Below are positions 38,284 to 47,700 of a DNA stretch of 64,000 nucleotides, piece after piece. The stretch lies in IMG/VR virus record IMGVR_UViG_2713897279_000003. One strand, given 5' to 3'. Below the pieces are notes generated by a model. It ran no database searches and was not told where the DNA came from. It worked only from the letters and a program-made list of their open reading frames with translations. The translations under genes were made by a program, and so were the position numbers. The first letter of the stretch is position 1. Each line of letters begins with the position of its first letter. The DNA comes from an uncultured virus (IMG/VR IMGVR_UViG_2713897279_000003). Its lineage: Duplodnaviria; Heunggongvirae; Uroviricota; Caudoviricetes.

Positions 38284-41200
38284 TTACTTTTTACACAGCG
38301 GATAGGAACAATGTAAATGATTCCAATGTCCTTTAGGGTCATATTGCATTGCGCTTTCTCCATATTTACCATTCATTTCTTGAATAATATCCCAATCTCC
38401 AAACACTAATCCTCTAAATCCAGCCTTCAAGCAACACTCTACAAGCTTTCTAGCCTTTTCTTTATCAGTTCCATTTGGAAACCTCATTTTCCCATTAATA
38501 ACTCTCATTGTATTTGGAGTATCAAGATCAGCAGCCCAACCAGTACCATGCCACTGATTATCACCTGGTCGCCATCCACTTGTAATATTAAAGCTATCTC
38601 CTGTGGCAGCCTTATATAATTTAGCAACTTCTATAAGCAACTCACCTGTTGCTTTTCGAACTTTACTTGTACCGCCACCTCCTACAATCGTTAAACCAAA
38701 ATTACGTCCAGATAAATTATGTAAATCAATAATATCTGGAGCACCACCACTTCCTAGGTGATATTTACTTTTCCCTTCTTTCCCTGTTATAAGTGGACAT
38801 GAACTTGCACCACCAGAACCTTCGCCAACTGCCCCGCCACCTTTACATGCACCAGCAGGCAAATTACCATCATAGTAACGTAAAACTCGTTCTACATATT
38901 TAGAATCACCGTATCCTGGTGGAATCCTTGAAATTCTACCTACTTTTTTAACCATAGATTCTGAGAAACTATAGGCTAATTCATATGTGTATTTTCCACC
39001 TCTGCTCATACAGTAATCAATAAATCCACCGCCGAAGTTATAGGATTGCAATACTAGTTTGATATCACCTTTTGCTCTTGCAAGTTGGTTCTTGAAGTGC
39101 GTTACACCTTGCTTAATACTAGCATCTACATCTTTAATATACCCAATTGGTTTTCCCATCGATTCTGAGGATTGCATCACATCAGGGAGTTTGTGATAAT
39201 TACCGCCTGACTCCTGCATAGTTAAAGATTTTAATATCTCTGCATATGATCCGATTCCTTGTGCTTTTGCTTCAGCTTCAATCTTAGGACCAATTACATC
39301 AAAGTATTTTGAAAGACCTTTCGCTTTACCATCTGTCGGTACATCACCCTCAGGAACACAAGTACCATCATCTTTGCTTCCAAAGAAGGATGTAACTTTA
39401 TCCCACAGATCTTTAAACCAACCGGTTATTTTGTTTTTAATTTTATTCTTCCATTCTTCCCAAGATGTTTCTTCTTTTTCATATGTTGCTTTTGTATCCC
39501 TTTTTCCTAACAATTCTAATCTCTTATTAATTTGTTCTAAAGCTGCTTTGCGATCTTTATCATAAAGTTCAAACAGTTTTTCTGAAGTCGATACTTGTTT
39601 TTTAAATGTATTATAAAAGTTACTCGCTAATTTAGTTAGATCAATAGGTTGTTCTGTAGGTGTATCCGACTTTATCCCCATTTGCTCTTGAAGATTATCA
39701 TTTCTAAATTGCCAAGCATCCACACCAATAAATCCTAGAAGGAATGCAGAAACATCATTTGTTATAATTTTTTGCACAAAATCAGGTGCATCCCCTATGA
39801 CAGAACCCTTATGTCCATTTATACCTGCTGTATATTCAAATCCGCTTTTTTGTAATGGAGATATTAAACATGCCTGTCTCATAAATAACCATCGTTCAAT
39901 AAATTCTCCAATTGTTGATGTAAGGATATGAACTCCTAAAGCTTCTATGGCTAGTCCTAGCCAACCAATTGGCCCTGCCGTTATGTGCGCACCTGTCCAA
40001 AGAGACGTTACAACACCACGCCCACCTTTTAATACCTTACCTATGGATTTAGAACCTTTTGCAATTAGAGCACTTCCTTTAGCTTTCATCTTTACATTTT
40101 TAAAACTGTTATAGCCAAACTCTCTAGAATTCTGGAATATATTCTTTAAGTTGTTTGTGCCTTCTTCTCCTGTTAGCTTAGCAAGTTGTTCAAGTAATCC
40201 ATTCTTGGACCATCTCGCAATATCTTTGGAAGATATACCACCTTTTCTCAATTCATCAGCGGCAGCTATCTCTTTGCCATTTGGTGCCTTACCACCAGTT
40301 ACCTTATCCTGAAACTTTTGACCTAGCTTGCTCGTATCAAATCGCTCTTTCATCTTGTCGAATCGATTTTTTGTAGAAGACCATAAAGCATTCATAATTG
40401 GTAAATGTCCTGCGTATTTAGAAGTTCTTAATTTTTTACGTAACGTATGGGTAATTAATGCGCTACCTGCTAATGCTTGGACACTTGCAAGTAACGTCAT
40501 GGCACGGCGGTCTGTATTAACAACTACAACATCCGGTTTGATTAAAGTAACATACCCTTGTTCATGATTCATAATTTGTGTTACTTCCTTTACCTCTGCA
40601 GGACCTGAAATAGAATTATGCTCATCATTAATCCACATTTGATCAAATGGCTTTACAGATGGATCTCCCATAACCGTTAAATAGCCATCATACATATCTT
40701 TTACATAATCCCTTAAACCTGCTGCTGTTATTTTTACAGCAACTCCTTCATCGTAATACCACTTAGGCAATTTATTTAGTAAGCCACCAATCAGAGGGAT
40801 ATTTTGTATCATGCGAACCCCTTGCGCATTCATTGTCGTATCAATGTTTACAACTCTTTGTTTTTCAGGCCAAATATTTGTGTCAACAAACACTGGGGAG
40901 GTTGTATCCATCTCCCCTTCATTCATGTATAAACCAACAGCTACTGTATACATGTTATCTTCAGTAGTCTCTATTGAATTATCAATAATACTTGTTGCAC
41001 TATCGTAAACATGGAATTGTCTAAATGGCTTCAAAGCAGTACCTTTAACTTCTTCACCATCCACAACATAATCATAATGCAACGGGAAATATGGCTTTCC
41101 AGAAAATATAGTATTCCTAAAACCAAAGGGATGAACCGCAACTATGTGATCATCACCAACAGCCGCACATATATTTAATACATCCCAGACGGTCTTATCA

Positions 41201-44200
41201 AATAATCCAATATTAATACCAGGTTCATCTGCTTGCCCAATACCAAATGCATCCTTAATTTTATTCCACCAGCCATCATGCTCTTCGTTTGTTAGCCCCG
41301 TGGTTTGGTAGATATTCATATTAATTTCTCCAACAGTTCGGCTATCCTTACCAAATGTTACTCCACCAATAAATCCTCCAGCAACACCGCCAATAGCTGC
41401 TCCCATTGGTCCACCAATTAGAAATCCTCCAGATGCCCCTAATGCTGCTCCTCCAAAGAATCCTCCAAGCTCACCCCATCCTTGTGGAGCTTGCTGATGT
41501 CCAAAATGCATTATGCCTAAACTATGTTCTTGGAATTCATCATTAGATAAGCCAGCCCAAAGATTAGAAAAAAAGCCTCTTGAATCAGTCAATAATTCAT
41601 CTACAATTTCTGTTGGTTCTTGCTTAGAAAATAAAAATCCACCCTCTGTAGTTTCATTCACATCTGCTCTAATTTTATTTGTTAGTTCAATTCCATCGTC
41701 CTGCGCAATCACTGTAAGAGAAATCCCATTATTTTGAATAGATGTTATTGTTCCATTCATGATTGTTGGCATACTCATAGGGTTTGAACCATATCCCATT
41801 CTGAAATGAATACGTGTGCCAGTACGCAGCATAATACTCTTATAATAGTTTGCGTTCCTATGTCGTGAACGCTCTGCTTCTTTAGCCACCGCACCAGGCA
41901 TTGTTAGCATTTTAAAGACTTCACACCAACTTGTATTTGTTAAATCCATACCTTTTTCAGCGTCATCCAATGTTCCATAGATATTACACATCTCTATCGC
42001 CAATGTACTAGAAGCTTCTTTTCTGCTATTAGTATAAGTAATATCCATAACAGCTTGATAATTAAAGAATTGATCGGACATTTTAACAGTCCCCATATAT
42101 TTTCCTTCATCAATAAATGTCAGAAAAAATGTAGGGAATGCTCTGACTAATCTTCCACGCATATCATATTTCACCATGTCATGTAACATACCTGTATGTA
42201 TTCGGTTATCGTCTTTGAAATCACTTTCTTTCATGTTTTGTTCTTGTTTTTTTCCGTTTGGACCTGTGGTTTTAAAATCTTTCACAGGTAAATCTTTTGT
42301 TTTTTCTTTGATGGTTTGATCAGACCATTCTGGATTATAAGAAGATGAATTCAACACTTTATTAATAATGTCGATAACTTCTCTAGGTGGTTGTTTATTA
42401 TCTTTTAATAAATCTACATATTCTCGATCATAACCAAGATATAGCATAACCACCCCAGCAAAGCGTACCTTTTGTTGCTCCCAACCATTATTGGTATTCA
42501 ATCCAAAACAAGCATATACATTTTCTTCGTGATACATTTTTTTATCACTCGTATTTGATTTAGCAAGCATTTGGTTTAGTTCCGTGTAATATTGAGACAT
42601 CTTACGTACACCTTGTTCAACATTATATTCAATATTTTTACCAAGTAAATTTACATTAGAACCATACATTTTTCTGACTTTCATTATCCCAATGTATTCT
42701 CCATCTATAGATCCATCGTTATTTACATAGTATTTAAAGTTTTTATTCATCATAGTAGGAGAACTTGTTTTACTATTTACTACTTTATCCTGCCTTGTAT
42801 TTGTTCCTACATCATAGAATTGTTTTAATTCAGAATCTAGAGCCTTAGCAAATGCAACTGTAAAGTTTTGATTAATATGAAACTGTTGTGATTTTTCTCT
42901 AATAAGAGCTTCTGCTTGAGCCACAGAAAGGTTATTTTTATCAATAAGCTCTTCTGGGATAGCACTATAACTAACTTTATTTTTACCTACTGCATCCTCA
43001 TAGTCTTTTCTACTATTCTTTAATTCTTCAGATGTAATATCATTTATATTCTCAATATTACCACCGTTGATATTTGCTTCTCCGCCTTTACCATCCCTCA
43101 ATACTGTTTGATAATTTTGTTGTGCTACATTAACCAAATCCTCAAAGAATAACGTCCCTTTTTTGTACTTAATAAAAAAGTCAGGATCTACAAATACACC
43201 ATTATTATAGTTTTCTACCTTAAAACCAGCTTCCTCAACTTCGCCATAAGTAGGGAGTTCTAAGTCAGGATATACTTCAGCCGCTGCAAAGAACTTTTGT
43301 ATGGATTCCTCATAAATGGCTTGTTTTTTTGCATCCGCTTGAACATTAGAACCTCCTAAGAATGATCTTAATCCCACCCATGCTTCTTTCGCTGCCGGTC
43401 TATCCGCAACAAATTGAGCCCATCTATTTAATGGATTATCACCTATTCCGTCTTCAAACATTGTAGCTGGATTTAAGCTTGTTAAAAGACTCAAGACTCC
43501 TTGATTCTCAAATTTATCAATATCCCATTTAGCAGTCTCTGATAACCATTTAACCTCATTCATCTTTTTTTCTGCTCGATTGTATGCAATCATTGTTAAA
43601 GTGACTTCAAACATCCCTGGCATTCCTGGCACAGTATTTGTTTGCATATCTTCAATAGTTACATTTTTTACTCCAAATAATCTTGCAAGCTGATTATCAA
43701 AATCTAGAAATCCATTCGCCATCTCTTTATGATAGGTACGAATTAAATAAGAAGTTCTTCTCATTAGCCCTTCTAAGCTTGCAATAGACTCCATATCATG
43801 AGTAGTAAACTTTCCCGTGATTACTGTATCCTGAGATCCCATATACTGATGCGTAGGAGATTCATCATGTTGTAGTTGAACAGAAGTAATGGTGTTTTCA
43901 AATCCTATAGACAAATCAGTTAATGTTAAGTTAGGTAAATCCCACTCTTCGTAACCTACGTCATGTTCAAACATTGCCTTTTCATAAAATGCATCAATAT
44001 CTTTATTGAATTGTTTCTCTAGTTTTCCTGTATCCAGATAATCTTCTTGCTTCTCTTCAATATAACTCTTAATCAGTTTTTTCTTCTCATTATTCCATTT
44101 GTTCATCTTAACTAAATCATCTTCAGCGGCTATTCTAAATTTAAAATCATTATCTAATTCTTTATATAAAGGTTCATAATAAGAACGAAAAGATTTCGCA

Positions 44201-44703
44201 TTTTGAGGATTTAAATTTCTTTGATAATGCCATCTAAACAGTGGCCAATCAAACATCTCATCATATGTTCTATCCTCATCATCTGAAATATATGAATAAG
44301 GCTCAAATGAATATAATTGTATTTGAGCTTGTAAAGTTTGTGGAAATCCCGGTGTTGTTTGAACCGTTATTCCAGAAACAGTAACCGCATCAATCTTATG
44401 AATATCATTTAAATATGTATTTTCTATTGGTAAAAACGGACATTTTTTTACTTGAGATAATAAAGGTCTAAGTTCTTCATTTATATGATCTTTATCAGGG
44501 AAAAACAGGGTGATTTCAATCACCCTGTCAAAGTGCCCCGATTCTTTAGGTAAACTATTTCTAGCACGCAGAATTTTTACACGTTCATTTTTCATTTGAC
44601 GGTGTATACTAATCGCGGTAGGTGGTACAAAAAACGCTGTATCCCCTATGCGTAAATGATGTTCAAGCAAGCTCCCATAAGGAGTTCTCTGAGTAACTGG
44701 CAT
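38284..44703 (-). CDS. Giant baseplate hub/tail-associated lysin with C-terminal CwlT-like lysozyme and peptidase M15-like domains
   Basis: Hub motifs LRTGTRIHFRMGYG...MNGTITSI and GYLTVMGDPSVKPFD. Lysozyme motifs QESGG...DVMQSSES...QSYNFGGGF...YGDSKYV. M15 motifs ITSGWR...HGTGWAADLD...HLHCS. Confidence 0.85.
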   Translation of the reverse strand: MPVTQRTPYGSLLEHHLRIGDTAFFVPPTAISIHRQMKNERVKILRARNSLPKESGHFDRVIEITLFFPDKDHINEELRPLLSQVKKCPFLPIENTYLNDIHKIDAVTVSGITVQTTPGFPQTLQAQIQLYSFEPYSYISDDEDRTYDEMFDWPLFRWHYQRNLNPQNAKSFRSYYEPLYKELDNDFKFRIAAEDDLVKMNKWNNEKKKLIKSYIEEKQEDYLDTGKLEKQFNKDIDAFYEKAMFEHDVGYEEWDLPNLTLTDLSIGFENTITSVQLQHDESPTHQYMGSQDTVITGKFTTHDMESIASLEGLMRRTSYLIRTYHKEMANGFLDFDNQLARLFGVKNVTIEDMQTNTVPGMPGMFEVTLTMIAYNRAEKKMNEVKWLSETAKWDIDKFENQGVLSLLTSLNPATMFEDGIGDNPLNRWAQFVADRPAAKEAWVGLRSFLGGSNVQADAKKQAIYEESIQKFFAAAEVYPDLELPTYGEVEEAGFKVENYNNGVFVDPDFFIKYKKGTLFFEDLVNVAQQNYQTVLRDGKGGEANINGGNIENINDITSEELKNSRKDYEDAVGKNKVSYSAIPEELIDKNNLSVAQAEALIREKSQQFHINQNFTVAFAKALDSELKQFYDVGTNTRQDKVVNSKTSSPTMMNKNFKYYVNNDGSIDGEYIGIMKVRKMYGSNVNLLGKNIEYNVEQGVRKMSQYYTELNQMLAKSNTSDKKMYHEENVYACFGLNTNNGWEQQKVRFAGVVMLYLGYDREYVDLLKDNKQPPREVIDIINKVLNSSSYNPEWSDQTIKEKTKDLPVKDFKTTGPNGKKQEQNMKESDFKDDNRIHTGMLHDMVKYDMRGRLVRAFPTFFLTFIDEGKYMGTVKMSDQFFNYQAVMDITYTNSRKEASSTLAIEMCNIYGTLDDAEKGMDLTNTSWCEVFKMLTMPGAVAKEAERSRHRNANYYKSIMLRTGTRIHFRMGYGSNPMSMPTIMNGTITSIQNNGISLTVIAQDDGIELTNKIRADVNETTEGGFLFSKQEPTEIVDELLTDSRGFFSNLWAGLSNDEFQEHSLGIMHFGHQQAPQGWGELGGFFGGAALGASGGFLIGGPMGAAIGGVAGGFIGGVTFGKDSRTVGEINMNIYQTTGLTNEEHDGWWNKIKDAFGIGQADEPGINIGLFDKTVWDVLNICAAVGDDHIVAVHPFGFRNTIFSGKPYFPLHYDYVVDGEEVKGTALKPFRQFHVYDSATSIIDNSIETTEDNMYTVAVGLYMNEGEMDTTSPVFVDTNIWPEKQRVVNIDTTMNAQGVRMIQNIPLIGGLLNKLPKWYYDEGVAVKITAAGLRDYVKDMYDGYLTVMGDPSVKPFDQMWINDEHNSISGPAEVKEVTQIMNHEQGYVTLIKPDVVVVNTDRRAMTLLASVQALAGSALITHTLRKKLRTSKYAGHLPIMNALWSSTKNRFDKMKERFDTSKLGQKFQDKVTGGKAPNGKEIAAADELRKGGISSKDIARWSKNGLLEQLAKLTGEEGTNNLKNIFQNSREFGYNSFKNVKMKAKGSALIAKGSKSIGKVLKGGRGVVTSLWTGAHITAGPIGWLGLAIEALGVHILTSTIGEFIERWLFMRQACLISPLQKSGFEYTAGINGHKGSVIGDAPDFVQKIITNDVSAFLLGFIGVDAWQFRNDNLQEQMGIKSDTPTEQPIDLTKLASNFYNTFKKQVSTSEKLFELYDKDRKAALEQINKRLELLGKRDTKATYEKEETSWEEWKNKIKNKITGWFKDLWDKVTSFFGSKDDGTCVPEGDVPTDGKAKGLSKYFDVIGPKIEAEAKAQGIGSYAEILKSLTMQESGGNYHKLPDVMQSSESMGKPIGYIKDVDASIKQGVTHFKNQLARAKGDIKLVLQSYNFGGGFIDYCMSRGGKYTYELAYSFSESMVKKVGRISRIPPGYGDSKYVERVLRYYDGNLPAGACKGGGAVGEGSGGASSCPLITGKEGKSKYHLGSGGAPDIIDLHNLSGRNFGLTIVGGGGTSKVRKATGELLIEVAKLYKAATGDSFNITSGWRPGDNQWHGTGWAADLDTPNTMRVINGKMRFPNGTDKEKARKLVECCLKAGFRGLVFGDWDIIQEMNGKYGESAMQYDPKGHWNHLHCSYPLCKK

Positions 44704-44714
44704 AATCATTCCCC

Positions 44715-47700
44715 CTACATGTTTTGTCGTACTTTATCTCTATACCAAATACGATTTAATTGTTTTGTGTTGTCATTATGATTCACTGTAATTCTAGTTG
44801 GTCCTGCACTCATGCCTATTTCCCTCATACTGTGTTCAACTATATTAGAAAATTGTTTTTTATCCATGTTACTTCCTGTTGCTTGAATACTGATGGAAGC
44901 ATTTTGATTTACATAACTTTCATTTGGCATTTCTATCGATGGTACATGGTCTTGCTTTCTTGATTCATAATCTCCACGACTCGAATCATTGTAATGCATT
45001 ACAGATTTTTTATCACTAATAATATTGTACGATGTTATTCCACCTAGGGCAAGTGCATCACCCATTCTCATTGTTTTTTCCTGATTCATATTTCTTACTG
45101 TATCTAATAAATCATTAGCTTTCTCAGAGGCTTGTACTACAATACCTGTCCCTTTATCAATAACTTTATTTCTTATTTTATTAATAAGGTTTCTCGTATT
45201 TCCCCCTTTTTGTTGCATTAATGTTTGGGCCAATTCTGAAACACTTTTTATTCCTTCTAGACTTCCTTTTGATACCTCTATATTTTGATGCTTATCAAAC
45301 ATCCTGTGCCTAAAATTAGAAAACTCTCCTGAGGTTTTATTAAACCGTGTAACTTTCCCATTAAGATATTCGCGCTCATTTAATTTTTCTAAATTAAACT
45401 CATGGTTATAGGCTGCATTAATCATCTCAAGTCCCGTTGACCTTGCCCCACGTTTCGCATCAATTAATTCTCGCTTTAGACCATGTCCAAATTCTTTCAT
45501 TGTTTCATTTATTTGCTGAATATTACTAAATTCCCGATTTATAAATGCGTTTAAGTTAATTGCTGAGTCTCTTGTCATCTGACCCGCCTTTGAGACTATC
45601 TTTCTAGAGATATCTACAAAAGTTTTTCCAGTATGTTTCATATTATCTTCAACAACATTCTGTAAACTTGACCTACTATATTCACTTTCACCTAACGAAC
45701 CACTAATGTAAGAATAATAGCTCTTGGAGTCGGTATCTGAAAGAATAGGTGACAAGAAAGTTCTATAAACTTCACTTGTGTTCACATCATCATTTATAAT
45801 TATCTTTGTAAATGGCATTCCGTTATGTAAGGTATGATGATAATGTACATTTGTATTATACCTGTGCTTACTACCCTCTAATTTGGACCCCCATCCCATA
45901 TTTTCAGACATATTTCTTGAAATGACAGTATCTTTCTTTTCTTTATATATATCTTGCAATTTCAACAGAGTATTAAAATCCATCAAATTAGATAAACTCG
46001 ATTTAAATATGTTCATATTAACTTTATAAACATCATCAGATAACATATATTTTGAATGCATTAACCCTTTAATGCCATGATGATCTCGTCTACTTACAAA
46101 ACCTTGTAATTGTAATTGACCATAAAGTTGATTTTCTTCCTCTATAGGTGTTGGTGTTGATATAATATCGTCTATTTTTGGATATATACTTAAAACATGC
46201 TTTGGAAACTTTCTCAATTGAATATCTCCATCAGGAACATCTAAATTGGTCAATGGGGTAAATAACTGATTAATCTCTTTAACGTTATTTTTCTCATTAC
46301 GATTAAATATAGCTTTATCTTTCTGTTCTATACCATCATTTCTTCTAACCATGGAAAACTCTGACCCACATCTATGCTGATTCTCCAATTCATGGTATTC
46401 ATATCTCTCAGTTAAACTCTCTACCTTATCTTGACTTAACATTGTACCTGAGTATACATGCTTATCTTTATATTGCTCTAGTAGGGAACTGAACCCAGTA
46501 ACTAATATTTTCTTATAGAATAGGTGGTCTAAAGTAGGCATTATATTTCGGAACTCCTGAAAATTCCTTTTTAATATTTCTGAATGATTATGTTCAAATG
46601 TCTTTCCTTTTAAAAATCCTATGCCTTCACCTTTCAAATTAAAGCCATCATATAAATCATGTATTGGCTGGTTATTTCCCTCAAATCCAAATAATACTTT
46701 ATCTAATGCATCTAGATTGACGATTTCCGTAACACCTTTAGAACTTGTTGCTGTTTTAATACGCTTCTTATTGAAACCCTTATTAATCCCTTTCTCATTT
46801 GAAAAATTGTTATTTACTATTTCTTGCTCCTCATATAAACGTGGAGACTTTAAATAGTAAATGGAGCTATCTTGGTTGATATACTCAAATTCTTTTGATA
46901 GATTATTACCTTCTTTACTTTCAAACATTTCATGTTTTTTAACCGTCTTAATATCATTAAGCATACTACTGACGCCAAGTTTCATCCTTCTTGAAATACT
47001 TGATATATTTTCTGTCTCATTTTCAAATATTTGCTTAGCTCTTTTATTGGCTTCTTCATAGTTGCCATTATTAGCTGCATTCATAACATGAGCCGTTTCC
47101 CCTGTATATTCCTGCACTGCTTTTTTAGCCCTATTTAAATTTAGTCCTGTATCACTATGCATGTTTAAATTAAAACCATCTATTTGATGAACCTTATTAT
47201 TGATTAACGGCATTATAAATTCTACTGCATTATTTGATTGTACTCCATAATGCAATTGTTTTTGTACATTTTTATTATTTGGATTATCATAAACAAATAA
47301 TTTCATAGCTTTATTTGGATCCATAGTAAAAGTAATGTTTTTTGTAAAATCATGCTTTTTCTCACCAGAAACGGCCTTATCTAAATATTGAGAATTATTA
47401 AGGCCCAGCCGAGAAAATCTTTCTCTATCAAATATGTCTAAGTGATTCGTTAAATGTTTACTTAACTCTATTGTCTTTTCCGACATAGAGTTCTCATGAA
47501 ATGATAAAAAAATTTTTTCAGTAGCTTGGATTGCTTGCTTAATGATTTCTTTATTTTCTAACAGACTACGTTTCTTTGTATTTTCATTTATAGAAGGAAT
47601 TATTCCTTCTTTTGTGTTTTTATCATAATTAAGTTTACTTATATCTATTGCAATTTCACTTGTTGTCCTCGGGGATTCAGAATCCATAATTAGTTTTGTA

